From contig OZ024746.1 of NCBI GenBank assembly GCA_964016885.1, positions 100,316,001 to 100,380,000 of the forward strand: a stretch of 64,000 nucleotides of DNA, given 5' to 3'. This DNA comes from Eledone cirrhosa. Lineage: Eukaryota. The stretch's first letter is position 1, and each line of letters opens with the position of its first letter. The notes under the pieces are model-generated. The model made no database searches, had not been told where the DNA came from, and saw nothing but the letters and a program-made list of their open reading frames with translations. Positions 24,783 to 38,173 of the stretch are shown here, in pieces. Made by a program: the position numbers and the translations under genes.

Positions 24783-25000
24783 CTCTCGGGTCCCAAATAA
24801 TAGGGAGAGTTGGAATAAGCAGGGGAGGTTAGAATAATCGGGGTTGGAAAAACGGTAATTCTTCAAGGTTGTCCCTGTTGATTTTTTAAAAACCAGAATT
24901 AGTCGTTTAGTTTAAACAAGAGTGGGGGGGGATGGTGGAAAAAAATTTGAAAAATTGATGTGGGTTGGGGGGGGGGGGGGAATTATTCAAGACCCGAGAG
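24783..25000. mobile_element. TA-flanked MITE (related copy 30905-31239)
   Basis: TA|CTCTCGGGTC ... GACCCGAGAG|TA. Confidence 0.7.
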
Positions 25001-25164
25001 TAAGTATTTTAGCGGACGACATCACCATAACTATGGGTTAAATAACTATGGGTTAAAAAGCCTCACCAACCTGCAATTGGTCAAACATGGATAGTACAGC
25101 TACACTCCTGACCAAACCCAAACAGAAAGCGGTGGAAGTTAACAGGAATGAGACGGCCCTGGTG

Positions 25165-25420
25165 AAGTCGTGTGGCCTAGTGGTAAGGGTGTTGGATAAT
25201 AATGTCGTCGGTTCGATTCCTGAGTTGTGTGTTGTGTTCTTGAACAAAACATTTCATTTCCCATTGCTCCAGTATACTCAGCTGAATACCAGCAATAGCT
25301 GGAGGGTTAACCCTTCGACGGACTGGCGTCCTATCCAGGGGAGAGTCTTGTACTCTCAGTTGTTTCACGTCACGAAACCAGGATAAGCACCGGCCCTACG
25401 AGCCTCCTGGTTTAAGACAG
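25165..25420 (+). mobile_element. tRNA SINE family C (CORE/Meta-like core); other copies 32620-32735(+), 39890-40032(-), 49540-49810(+)
   Basis: A-box TGGCCTAGTGG, B-box GGTTCGATTCC, core TGTTCTTGAACAAAACATTTCATTTC..TTGCTCCAGT. Confidence 0.75.
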
Positions 25421-25689
25421 ACTTTAGATTGGGACTAAATCAACTCTGTTTTACAAGCGGTGTGTCACGGTGTAATCAACTAATTTTCTACTTTTCTTCT
25501 ACAATATTTCAATCTTGGTTGTGTTCGAAGATAAATATAGATTAGGGTTGCCAGATCAATTTCACAAAAAAGAGAAAATCGTGTTAGAAATTAGCCTGTC
25601 TAGCTCTACACCTCGCTACTGACGTGAACCTAAACATCGAGTGCTCACCTAAATGAACCTACAGTAACTCCGTGTTACACTACCTGGAT

Positions 25690-25762
<73 letters not shown>

Positions 25763-25765
<3 letters not shown>

Positions 25766-26212
25766 GGGTGGGACAAAATAATGGAAACACCTAGCATCAT
25801 AGCATCATAATTTTGAAATATCTATAAAAGCGTCAAAGCTTGTTTATTTTTATGTTTTTTTATTTATTATTAGTGTTGCTTAATATGTTTTGTTAACATT
25901 GCTGTTTCTTTTCAGAAAAGGGTAATTAAAATTCATAAAAATGACAGATCTATCGGACTTTCAAAGAGGTCAAATTGTTGGTGCTCGTATGGCAGGCGCT
26001 AGCGTAATGAAAACAGCCGAAATGTTTGGTGTATCAAGGAGTACTGTCTCGAAAGTAATGACAGCCTTTGAGAAAGAAGGAAAAACCTCCTCGCCGAAAC
26101 AAAACTCCGGAAGAAAATCAAAACTTTCAGATAGGGACCGTCGGACTCTTACGCGAATTGTTAGAAAGGATCACAAAAGTACAGCTCCCAAAATTATTTT
26201 GTCCAACCCCTG
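25763..26212 (+). mobile_element. Internally deleted Tc1-like transposon retaining the N-terminal HTH (ORF from 25941)
   Basis: TA|CAGGGGTGGGACAAAATAAT ... ATTATTTTGTCCAACCCCTG|TA; MTDLSDFQRGQIVGARMAGASV..GRKSKLSDRDRRTL. Confidence 0.9.
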
Positions 26213-26289
26213 TATATATTTACTACCAAAATTAGATAAAAGATGCCATGTCTGAGAATATCAGAAGCATATCACCTGTGGAATAAGCT

Positions 26290-26530
26290 GCCCCAAAATT
26301 GCTGGCCTTGTGCCTATATAAGAAACCATTACTTAGGACGGTGGATTGGCAGTATCGGTAGAGCGTCGGACGCCATGCTTTGCAGCATAGAGTTACGCCC
26401 CTTTATGATCTGAGTTCAAATCCCGCCGAGGTTAACTTTCCCTTTCATCCTTACGGGGTCGATAAAATAAAGTACCAGTAATACACTGGGTAATTGCTGA
26501 CCTTGTGCCAAAAGTAGAAACAATTATTAT
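26290..26530 (+). mobile_element. SINE family A (tail fragment plus full copy)
   Basis: Full head, core and tail at 26337-26530. Confidence 0.85.
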
Positions 26531-26665
26531 TTCTGGCAATATTATAACAATATGACCCTCCCCAAGTATATATATATGTGTGTGTTTATCCGAGTTCAAT
26601 CAGGGGTAACCACAGTAAATAAGGTACTCAATACATAGCAGAGCATAAATATTTAATATAGAAAT

Positions 26666-26714
26666 GGCTTCTACAGGACTAGAACTGTTTCATTCGGTAG
26701 AAATCATCAGGATG
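26666..26714 (-). ncRNA. Type-I hammerhead-like motif
   Basis: Minus strand: CATC CTGATGA T TTC TACC GAA T GAAA CAG ttctagtc CTG TA GAAG; GUA triplet, imperfect stem I. Confidence 0.65.
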
Positions 26715-26748
26715 TTTTGTAGTAGCTTCTCTGTTGAACAATGTCCGT

Positions 26749-26797
<49 letters not shown>

Positions 26798-27227
26798 GGG
26801 ACATTGTTCAACAGAGAAGCTGCTGCTACTACAAAACATCCAGAGTTCAGTGACCTGAGAATGACCCAGAGTATGTTTGAAAGTGTAATAATTCTCTCCC
26901 CCAACAATTGCTTAAATGAAAAAAAGTTACTGTTTATTTATTTGTTTTTCCCGCCCTTGCTTGTGATTTATTGATGTTTCCTCCCGCTGAGTTACCTTTG
27001 AGTTTGTTTCTCGGTCCTTTTGTATACCAGCATGAAGCGACAATCATGTCTACTCTGGAAACCAATAACGGAAAGAAGGAGTCGTTGGATAATTTACTGA
27101 ATAAAACACACGAGCGCATGTCACGTGCGCACGTAGACATACACTTAATAACACCACATAGAAAAATGGCACACGTATATGTAAACACACACACACACAT
27201 ATACACACACACTCACACACACACATA

Positions 27228-27342
27228 TATATAGTGGAAAGTTAGTGCCCGACGGCTGAGCTCACGCCGTTTCAACTGTGAGTGGATTACTCGTTGAAAC
27301 GTCGGGAGCTCAGCCGTCGGGCACTAACTTTACACTATATAT
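27228..27342. repeat. GC-rich hairpin / palindromic MITE within a TA tract
   Basis: TAGTGGAAAGTTAGTGCCCGACGGCTGAGCTC ... GAGCTCAGCCGTCGGGCACTAACTTTACACTA. Confidence 0.85.
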
Positions 27343-27346
27343 ATTC

Positions 27347-28000
27347 GGCATACGTTAAGACGGGCGTTGCGGAAAGTGAAAGTAAATTTTTTGACAATGT
27401 GAATTTGTTTGGGTTTTTTTTACAATGAAAATTACGATACACACGCAATTGTATGGATTTCTTAATATATATATATGTGTGGGTGTGTATATGTGTGTAT
27501 ATATATGTGTGTCTGTATGTATATATATATGTGTGTTTGTATATATATATGTGTTTGTGTCATCATCATCGTTTAACGTCTATCTAAAGAAAAAATAAAC
27601 AACACGCAATACTAATTAACACCATATCACTAGAGAGACCTGTTGTAAATAAACAACACGCAATACTAATTAACACCATATCACTATAGAGACCTGTTGT
27701 AAATAAACAAACAAATTCACAGTGTACACACATATATACACACATATACACACCCACATATATATATATATTAAGAAATCCATACAATTGCGTGTGTATC
27801 GTAACTTTCACTGTAAAAAAATAATAAAAAAATTCACATTGTTGTCAAAAAATTTACTTTCACTTTCCGCAACATCCGTCTTAACGTATGCCATATATTC
27901 TACTTTCACTTTCCGCAACATCCGTCTTAACGTATGCCATATATTCTACTTTCACTTTCCGCAACGCCCGTCTTAACGTATGCCATATATTCTACTTTCC
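27347..28000. repeat. Long inverted repeat (arms ~27347-27510 and ~27725-27892) followed by ~46-bp tandem copies of the arm end
   Basis: GGCATACGTTAAGACGGGCGTTGCGGAAAGTGAAAGTA versus TACTTTCACTTTCCGCAACATCCGTCTTAACGTATGCC (x3). Confidence 0.85.
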
Positions 28001-28049
28001 CAAGTATCGAATAATTAACTGAACATAGTCTTACTAGTCTAAACTATTA

Positions 28050-28420
<371 letters not shown>

Positions 28421-28482
28421 TATTTTATGTATAGATAAGTTTAGAAATTGTGTTATAAAAATAGCTAAATGAAGTAAAACTA

Positions 28483-28677
28483 ATATAATTGTTTCTACTT
28501 TTGGCACAAGGCCAGCAATATCCTAGTGTATTACTGGTACTTTATTTTATCGACCCCGTAAGGATGAAAGGCAAAGTTAACTTCGGCGGGGTTTGAACTC
28601 AGACCATAAAGGGCCGTAACTCTTTGCTGCAAAGCATGGCGTCCGACCCTCCCTCTACCGATACTGCCAATCCACCG
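28483..28677 (-). mobile_element. SINE family A
   Basis: Reverse-complement full copy. Confidence 0.85.
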
Positions 28678-29239
28678 ATTATAAACTCGTATTTAACGAC
28701 TAAATTCTATGGAACACTAGTACAATAATTCATAATAAACCATTTTAAATATCTGAATTATTTATAAATTAAAAAGAAAATTATTTATAAATTAAAAAGA
28801 TGCTGCTCTGCGAGTTTTTTTTATATTCAGCTCCATCGATGTCAATGATAGTATAGCGAGATTACTGGTTGTATGAATGTAACAAAACGAGACATGGTTT
28901 GTGTGTATAATATTTAATTAACGGTAGATAGAATACTTGACATGTCAAAGATAGATGTTAGAATGAAACAAAGTTAGTAGTTACCGTTTTGATTGCCAGG
29001 CAAACGCGGCTGGCAGAGGGCGCCTGGCTAAGGCCAGGCGCCTGTTGGCCAAATTAATGGCAGAGCCAAATGAGAGGCTCTTCGACCTGGTGCCGAAAAG
29101 GCAAAGAGAGAGAGGAAGCTTAAAGCCGCCAGTTTTATAGGGCTCCGACCGGAAGTTGCAGAAAGGGCTCCACCTCCCGTCCAGATCCCAATCAAAACAA
29201 GGGAGACAACCGCTACAATAGTAAAAGATTGCTCCTTTT

Positions 29240-29515
29240 TCACAATGTCGAGTCTATTACAGGTTTTTGATAGTGAGAGACACGACTAAAACCTGATTCG
29301 ACAGCAGAAACATAGAGTTGCGTATATTCCCAGAGTAAGAGGTATTTTTTAGCAATGTCATTTGTTTTCCATATAATATGCTTACCATCTTCATCACTCT
29401 GCAAATCAATGAGGGTCTCTTGCAAAGAAATGTCTACATTGGCAGCATTAACTTCAAAAGGAATTGTCAGCCATGTTGGTGTAGTCATCATGAGTAGGTC
29501 ACTAAACCGAGGAGT
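29240..29515 (-). pseudogene. hAT transposase C-terminal relic
   Basis: PTWLTIPF..LQETLIDLQSDE..KKYLLLWE..VESGFSRV resembles the hAT dimerization region. Confidence 0.6.
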
Positions 29516-29571
29516 TGGAATATCTTACGAAATGTTAGATTTTCATTAATTTGGTTAAGTTTGGTTACGAA

Positions 29572-29740
29572 GCGGTGGATTGGCAGTATCGGTAGAGGGT
29601 TGGACGCCATGTTTTGACGCATAGAGTTACGGCCCTTGCCATTCTGAGTTCAAATCCCGCCAAGGTTAACTTTGCCTTTCATCCTTATGGGGTCGATAAA
29701 ATAAAGTACCAGTAATGCACTGGGATAATTGTGGACCTTT
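29572..29740 (+). mobile_element. SINE family A
   Basis: Head and core. Confidence 0.85.
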
Positions 29741-30434
29741 AGTAATGTTACATGGACCCAGTCACGTACCTAAGGTATGGCAAGCATGACGCGTGCCATT
29801 GGTGACACTTGAAGCGGGGTGCCACGTGAATTAGGAGCATTTTTTATTAAATTCTAGATAAGCTATCGTCGGAGAGTGAGATGTCTATCTTTGATTATCA
29901 TGGCTGAGAAACACTATGGTGGCTAGATCATTATTTATAGGAAATATTAGGTCCATAGTTAAAAATACAGTGCTGGGCAGGGTGCAATTTCACTGCTATT
30001 TTTCCTAGTTATGCCTCTGGGCAAGGGCACAATTTCACTGCTTGCCATAGGCGCTATTGTCCCTAGTTATTCCTCTGTATAGACCCCCCCAGAATCCATA
30101 GGGACTTCGGTTGAGAACCATTGGTCTATATGGTCGCTGAACTTGCTACAAATAAACAAATCACTGATTACTCTTTTTCTCCTAGCTGTCAATATTCTCA
30201 TCATTCATATCCATGGAATATTTTATAAATGAAGCTATTTAATGATGAAAGTATAAAAAATAGTTTTATTTACAGAAAGTCGCTAGCTTGGAGAAGTGTC
30301 TATCTATCTATATATTACTATATTGTTGTAATTGTTTGTTTTTATATTTTTTACACGACTGTATGTAAAATCCCCGACATGTCTTTGTATTGTCCCCTTT
30401 TCTTGTGCGCCCTTGTGGCTAATAAAGAAATATA

Positions 30435-30627
30435 TCTATATATTACTAAAATTCTGTGATTGCTTGCTTGGTTGCTTATCTGTAATGTAATACAGCCAAA
30501 AGGGCGCATGTTGGGAAAATACTTTGAAAGGAAATTGACCCTGAAATGGGGATACAAATGGAATAAAACAAGTTTCGCGTAAATCGAAGCACGGGTTCCC
30601 GAGATATGGGGTTTTCTGGGTACCTTC

Positions 30628-30694
<67 letters not shown>

Positions 30695-30854
30695 TTACAT
30701 TATATACATCTCTGTGTATATTTTAATTATTTAAAAATTATTTTTTAAGTGAACATGACCCAATGGGTCACGGGTGGTCTAGTCTTGAACATGGCCCAAT
30801 GGGTCACGGGTGGTCTAGTCTTGAATATAACCCAATGGGTCACGGGTGGTCTAG
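30435..30854 (+). mobile_element. Non-autonomous Helitron-like element with triplicated 3' end
   Basis: 5' A|TCTATATATTACTAAAA; 36-bp unit CCCAATGGGTCACGGGTGGTCTAG|T at 30759, 30795, 30831. Confidence 0.6.
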
Positions 30855-31395
30855 TCTTTATATAAAATTCTGTTTGTCTGGCGTTGTGTATTCTTACAGA
30901 CATACACTCGGCTCCCAAATAATAGGAGTGGGTAGATTAAGCGGGTGGGTTGGAATAAGTGGGGATGGGTGGAATAAGTGTGGGGTGGGGGGGTGGGGGG
31001 TTCTAGGTTGTCTCAGTTGATTATTCATTTAGTTTACATATTGAGACCCCAACCCATTCTATTTATTTTATAACGTATGAGATTTCTAGTAATGTACTTT
31101 TTAGTCATGTTTGTTTGTTTTTAATGTCTTAAAGAAAATTACTTGCCGCAGGAATGCTACCACTTAAAATAACATTTCGCCGGAAATAGATTTGATAAAT
31201 TTGATAAGCAGGGGTTAAGTGGAATAAGTGACTCGAGAGTACATATATACAAAAGTGGATTTTGTACATGGACACTGAACCTGTTAGAAATAGCAGTCAA
31301 ATTACCATTTATTGTCCCAAAGAAACATGGAATAATAGAATCGTAGATATATGCTTAAAAAGATAGAATGACTGTCTGCATAAGCACTCAAACTA

Positions 31396-32253
31396 CAGGC
31401 TGTCCATAATTTAAAACATTTATTACAAAAGCCAATGAACAGACAAATATGTGTAAATTGTTACAAAATGAGGAGTAGATATTGAAGTTTTAAACTAATT
31501 TAATACACCTCTATATGGGCACCATCAGTTGTACGAAGCACATCAAGATGGTACTGGATTTCTTGCCATATTTGCTGTAGCATATCCTCATCAATAGTGG
31601 CAATAGCATCAGTGATATGTTGCTTTAGATCAGAGATGTCTCGTATCTTTGTTCGATACACGATATCTTTAATATAACCCCATAGAAAGAAGTCCAGGGG
31701 AGTGATATCTGGTGAACGAGGTGGCCAAGGAATTGGTTAATCCCTTCCAATCCACCAGTCTGGAAATGTTTGATTTAGGAACCCACGAACATGCAGTCCT
31801 CAATGTGGTGGTGCACCATCTTGCTGGAAAATGATAGTTGGTTGAGTGTCATCCAGTTGTGGTGCCACATATTCAGTCAAAAGGTCAAGGTAAACATTTG
31901 CAGTAATTGATGTCTCGTTGAAGTAAAATGGACCAATAATTCGATTGCACATAATGCCACACCACACGGTGGATCCCTTCCATACGTAGTTCTGTAGTTT
32001 TTCTGAGTCTGTGTATCCGATATTGTTTCAATAAACCTGACACACATTGTGCCTTTTCTTGAGGAGTAGCCATTTTTTAGGGGTTCATTTAACAGTACCT
32101 CTTTCATCAACAGGATACCAGAGATACACAAATGCAGTTTGATTAAAAACTGTGATAACTACTGAGAACATAGAACAAATCTGATTAAGATATCTCCTCA
32201 ACTGCCACTGTAATATATTTTTCCAATTGTAAAGAGACTTTATGGACACCCTG
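31396..32253 (-). mobile_element. Tc1/mariner-superfamily (rosa-like) transposon, internally deleted
   Basis: TIRs TA|CAGGCTGTCCATAA / TTATGGACACCCTG|TA; MATPQEKAQCV, FQQDGAPPH, WPPRSPDITPLDFFLWGYIKDIVY. Confidence 0.85.
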
Positions 32254-32330
32254 TATATATCGGCGAGGCTGGGGTGTCTTTCGTAAAATGTACTGTATAT
32301 CATATGTATTTCCATTAGCTGGATTTATTA

Positions 32331-32415
<85 letters not shown>

Positions 32416-33140
32416 GGTGTGTAGCTTTGTCCAGGAACTTACAAATACCATATGCTGCTACATCAGAGTCAGGAGGAAATTGAATTCCATTTAATTTTCA
32501 GAATATGTCGTGAGCCTTTCTCTCGTTTCTGAGAGGATGGGGGTCTTTAACTCGTTATTATATGTTGCCGGGGGGGGGGGGGGGGGGGGGGTTGTAGCGA
32601 CTATATATAAACTTGTGAAGGTGCGTGGCTGAGTGGTTAGAGAATGGGATTCGCAATCGTAGGTTGTGAGTTCGATTCCTGGATCAGGCGATGCGTTATA
32701 TCCTTGAGCAAGACACTTTATTTCACGTTGCTCTTTCTATCTGGAGTTGCGACCGATAGAGAGTACTAGCAATTGGAAAGACCAACGGAAACATTGTTTC
32801 CTCGGCCAATTTGACGAAAGTCGATTGACTGTCGAATACACTGAAGAAAACTAACAAAGAGAGGACAAGACAACAAACGAAAACAAGGCAAAATGAAAAA
32901 CAATTTTTTAAGGAAAAACCTTAAAAAATTATATAAAAAAATAAAAATACAATTGATAGACACAGAACTCCAAGGTCATCGGATGATGGGGTAGACTTTG
33001 GGAGTTTCGACTCCTACAAATAGTACTGCTGGTCCACCAGGGGTCGAAACGTCTGATACAAGCCAAATGCTGTCCAGTAGAATAAGAGACGGGGACAAAA
33101 CATTAATTTATAGCAATTAAGCTACAACAAATACACACAA

Positions 33141-33177
<37 letters not shown>

Positions 33178-33565
33178 CATATTGATTGATTTTAAATCAG
33201 TGATATAATTTATGGAGAAAAACTCTGCATTTCAATATTACTCAATGTAAAATGTAATGCATGAAAAATTGGAAAACATTATTTTTTGTAATATATCAAA
33301 TCCAAATTACATTATTAAATCTTATTCTTATTTTGTTTCTTGTAAATAACTTTTTTCAAAATATCAATTCAAAACTTTTGTGAATAGGCATCATATGTTG
33401 TCATTTACCTATGGTTTAAATTTCATATAAATCGAAGGGAAAAGATTTTCAGCGGGAGTTTGTGCCCCCGGGGAACCCTTTGATTAAAATGAAATATACT
33501 TATCCAAGTACCCTGGGCAATGTAGTTTCAGAATATATGCGGTTATGGGGGTCTATCTCCTAAAC

Positions 33566-35390
33566 CAGGGGTCGGCAACCCCCGGCCCGCGGGTCACATC
33601 CGGCCCTCGAGTGATTTTTGTCCGGCCCGCCATCTTACACTGGACACTAATTATCTAATTAGTATCGAATACAGATACAGTAGTTCACTTCAAGGTTGTG
33701 CCGACCTGATGCCCATCACAAATCGCTGCTCATACTGTATATATTTATAGACACCTTTGTAACCTTATTATATTTTCCATTTATTATTTCCTCTTATCCA
33801 TCTTTTTCTGGGCTTTCCGCCAAGCATTATATCACCTGTATTATTATTTCCTGTGATTTCATGTATGTGTTTTTGTTCCAGTCAACAAACACAAATGTTG
33901 GCTGGAAGTATGTATTTTCGTCAGCGACTGGAAGGTATACTACCTTACGGTTCGCATGACTCGCTTTTATACCCATATTGTCATTCAATAAAATCACTCG
34001 TGAATTATTGTCGTCTTCGTTTGCTTGACCTTACCTGTGCCCCCCGGCACAAGGTAAAGCTGCCTTGGAAAAATTACTTCGTTCCCTCCTCCCCAGAGTA
34101 TTTTCATTTGAGTTTGTTGTCTGGTGGTATAACAACTATACAGTAGGTATCTTTATTCGATAATAACGTTTATTTAATTATCTGTGATAAATTGTGTGAA
34201 TTATTATTATTAGAATTAGGCCAAAAGTGGTTTAAAAAAACAAATGGCAACCCTGAACAACGTCGTTAGAAACCTGGTTTTATATATACGTCGTTAGAAA
34301 CCTGGTTTTATATAATGTATTCACAATTATCATATTTTATCGCATTACTGTATTTGCATTTACATTTGTTTTCATTGTTTCTTATTTCTTCATTCTGATT
34401 ATTATACTTTTTGTTCATTTTTCCTTTCCATAAACCTTTTTTGTTTGAACAAAAACAAGCCCATGGCAGCTAAGAAAAGAAAAGTGGATTTGGAGTGCCG
34501 AACTTTTAATGATGGCTGGACACTAAGCTATTTTTTCATTGAGCACTTCGGAAAATGTGTTTGCCGTGAAGAAAGTTTCAAATATTAAACGGCACTATGA
34601 AACTCGTCATAATCATTACAACAGTTTTACTGGAAAAGCACGAGTAAACCAAGTTGCACGGCTGAGAAATAATGTAACAAAGCAGTCGTCCTTTTTCACT
34701 AGAAAAGTTGAAGAAAGTGACCGAAACACTCGTGCTAGCTACGAGGTGTGAAAACTAATTGCAGAAAGGATGAAACCTTTTACTGGTGGAGATTTCTTCA
34801 AAGAATTATTCTTGAAGGTAGCAGATGTTGTTTGTCCAGAAAAAAGGGAATTATTTTCTGCGATCAGCTTATGGGCAAGAACAGTTACAAGGCGAATTGA
34901 AGAGCTGGCAGCAAATGTCAGAAGTGGCTTGGAGGGCATTTTAAATAATCTGCTATCGATGAAACCACAGATATGAAGGATACTTGTCAACTTGCAGTGT
35001 TTGTGAGGGGTGTAAAACCAACATTTGATATTGTGGAAGAATTTGTACAATTGATTCCTATGAAGGACACTAGCACTGGAGCAGATATTTTGGAAAGCAT
35101 AATAAAATGGATTACTGAAATGAATCTGGATTTATCAAAGCTTTCTGGAGTAATCACAGATGGAGCACCAGCAATGGCTGGAGAGAAAAAGGGGTTTGCT
35201 GCATTGCTCCCAAACCACATCGGTATTGATAAAAAACTAATCAAACTTCATTGCATTATTCATCAAGAAGCATTATGTGCAAAGTCACTGAATTTTAAGG
35301 ACATCATGGCAGTGGTCGTGAAAACAGTGAGTTTTATACTGTCAAGAGGACTAAATCACCGCCAGTTTCAAGAATTTCTAAAACAAATAT
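33566..35390 (+). mobile_element. hAT (Buster/SPIN-like) transposon, 5' part with decayed transposase from 34463; truncated at the PLE arm
   Basis: TIR CAGGGGTCGGCAACC..CGGCCC; MAAKKRKVD, KRHYETRH, CQLAVFVRGV, TDGAPAM, HCIIHQEALCAK, RGLNHRQF. Confidence 0.88.
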
Positions 35391-35419
35391 ATCAGATATA
35401 TAAGAACCGTAGAGCAAAT

Positions 35420-37167
35420 ATTTATTAAAATAACAGATTAAAGTTTAAGCAAAGAATCGCTGCTTTCACCCTTCAGCACATAAATATAGTAACATTTTTA
35501 ATAGAAATACCATTAAAATGTCTTACTCTACGACTCTTAACCTTGCACATAACATCACAGCTTCAAATTTAGCTAAACTACCTAGCCGTAGGAACACGTG
35601 CAACCCTGTAGCTAGTACTAACTGTAATTGTAGGAATCAGGTTGACTGCCCCCTATCCCGGAAATGCCTCTCTGGTAACATTGTCTACAAATGTAAGGTT
35701 GAAACACCCACGTCCCGTAGGGCCTACATAGGGTTAACCGCCAATAGATTCAAGCAGCGTCTTTACAAGCATACCCATTCTTTTCTTAACTCTTTAAGAA
35801 GGATTATGACGTCACTTTCAGCTTATATCTGGAGTCTAAAAGATAACCACACCCAATACAAGTTACACTGGGAGATCCTAACTAAGGCTAGATCGTATAA
35901 CGGAAATAAAAGACCATGTGACCTCTGCCTGGAAATACTCTACGCCAAAGACCACATCTTAAACAAAACGTCTGAGGCAATTTCGGCTTGTAAACATAAA
36001 TTGCACAAAACTTTCCTGTATTACAGCCCCACATTATACCCTAACGGATAGTACGAACTATACGCGGATATTTTACGTCTTGATGTGGTAGCTAAGTATA
36101 TGTTATGTTAATACCATTACTTATTCGTATTGGTAAGTATATTACCTGTATGTTTTGTGAAGGTACGTATATTTTCTCGTACGTATATTTGCTTGTATAT
36201 GTTATTGGCATATATATTATATATACTGGTACATGTGCATTTGGTTATGTGTATACGTGAGTTTCGCGTCTGTGTGAGTATGCGGGTTCGTACGTATGTA
36301 GGGTGTGTGTATATGTGTACTTTGTGTTTTGGTTGGTGTACGTCCGCGAACATATGTGTTTTTACATGTGGGTGTGTGTGTGCGCGCGTTGTATACGTAT
36401 TTATGTGTCTATATTTACATACGTTTATTTAATTATGTATACACGCACACACACACATGTGTATATATATATTTTTTTTTTTTTTTATGTGTATTTGGTG
36501 TATACGTTCGTATGTGTGCGGTACAGGCGATGCGTGGGTTCTGTATGTGCGTGTGTGTGTTTTCTATTTTTTTTCTTTTTTTTTTGTGTACGTGCTTGTA
36601 TTTGCTTACCCATGGCGAGTGTTTCCGCGTATGCTTGTGTATGTACATATATGGATGTGTGTATGTATATATTTAATTTCAATTACCTCTGTATTTAATT
36701 TACTTTATTCTTAACTCTGAAGCCGAGAATCATTCGGTTTCTTAAATAGAATTTTAGTCTACGACTTCAGTTATACCATTTACTTTACATGGTTTTGTCT
36801 TTGCGTGTAATTGTTCTCATTGTCCCACATAATGACGTATTATCTTCTTTTTTTTTTGTTCATTGCCAGAGAACGTCTCCATGAACCACCTAATAGAATA
36901 TTAGTCTACGACTTCATTTATACCATAAACGTGGTTTTGTTTTTGAGTGTAATTGTTTTTCACCGTTCCAAATAATGACGTATATATTCGTTTATTCCCC
37001 GTTCTTTGCCAGAGAACGTTTCCACAAACCAAAGTATCGTCTTCCTGTCTTCCTTCGTTTTTTGAAATATTTACTTCTGCGTTCACAGATTGACTTTTTT
37101 AGTTTCAGAAGATCCCGTTAAGGGTGAAAGCAGCGATTCTTTGCTTAAACTTTAATCTGTTATTTTA

Positions 37168-37175
<8 letters not shown>
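35420..37175 (+). mobile_element. Penelope-like element (Nematis-like) 3' fragment: GIY-YIG ORF 35518-36051, long 3' region, inverted terminal copy
   Basis: CNCRNQVDCPLSRKC..IVYKC..AYIGLT..CDLCL; 35420-35473 is the reverse complement of ~37120-37175. Confidence 0.85.
37101..37151 (+). ncRNA. Type-I hammerhead motif (core CAGAAGA, U4 changed to A)
   Basis: AGTTT CAGAAGA T CCC GTTAA GGG T GAAA GCA gcgattctt TGC TT AAACT; stems I-III pair. Confidence 0.7.
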
Positions 37176-37212
<37 letters not shown>

Positions 37213-37427
37213 TAAGTTAAAGTGTACATTTACATATGTATACGGAAGTATTAGTATGCATATAAATACACACATGTATACATATGTACATGTACTCAGC
37301 TTTTCACTAGACACTTTACAGTGAGTGTCAGCTAGTCTGTATGTAACCACACAGGCGGACCGGGTTTTAGAGTCATACGAGTTTTCAAGGAAACACATTT
37401 CCTCTATTCTCCAGAGGGCCAGACAGG

Positions 37428-37472
37428 AATATTGGACTAGTTTCGATGTTATTACATTTCATCAGCAATATT
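37428..37472 (-). ncRNA. Minimal type-I hammerhead (copy of 37844-37888)
   Basis: Minus strand: AATATTG CTGATGA AATGT AATA ACATC GAAA CTAG TC CAATATT. Confidence 0.8.
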
Positions 37473-37843
37473 TACCCATCTTCCGGCTTCTCTGGTGTGG
37501 TTACATACAGACTAGCTGACACTCACTGTAAAGTGTCTAGTGAAAAGCTGAGTACATGTACATATGTATACATGTGTGTATTTATATGCATACTAATACT
37601 TCCGTATACATATGTAGATGTACACTTTAACTTAATTGTTTAAGCGTCAGTCATACAAAAGTGAGTTAGAAGCGAAACGAAATTTAATTTCGTTTCGTTA
37701 TTTGTTTTTATCGTTTCCGCTGAACCGGTGCGTACAATGACTCACGTTCTATGCAAATTAGTCTACCCACTACTAATTCTCATAGAAAAAGCATATAACG
37801 ATATGTGCTTTTACAATTCTCCAGAGAAGCCGGAAGATGGGTA

Positions 37844-37888
37844 AATATTGCTGATGAGATGTAATAACATCGAAACTAGTCCAATATT
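37844..37888 (+). ncRNA. Minimal type-I hammerhead ribozyme, intact consensus
   Basis: AATATTG CTGATGA GATGT AATA ACATC GAAA CTAG TC CAATATT: 7-bp stem I, 5-bp stem II, palindromic ACTAGT stem III, GUC site. Confidence 0.9.
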
Positions 37889-38173
37889 CCTGTCTGGCCC
37901 TCTGGAGAATAGAGGAAATGTGTTTCCTTGAAAACTCGTATGACTCTAAAACCCGGTCCGCCTGTGTGGTTACATACAGACTAGCTGACACTCACTGTAA
38001 AGTGTCTAGTGAAAAGCTGAGTACATGTACATATGTATACATGTGTGTATTTATATGCATACTAATACTTCCGTATACATATGTAGATGTACACTTTAAC
38101 TTAATTGTTTAAGCGTCAGTCATACAAAAGTGAGTTAGAAGCGAAACGAAATTTAATTTCGTTTCGTTATTTG

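Noticed and set aside
26220-26290. ~70-bp sequence duplicated at ~49142-49218
   Set aside because: Likely fragment of an unclassified dispersed repeat; nothing further supportable
32975-33060. CGGATGA...GAAACGTC with an internal inverted repeat
   Set aside because: Core mutated and stem I does not pair; too weak to call an HHR
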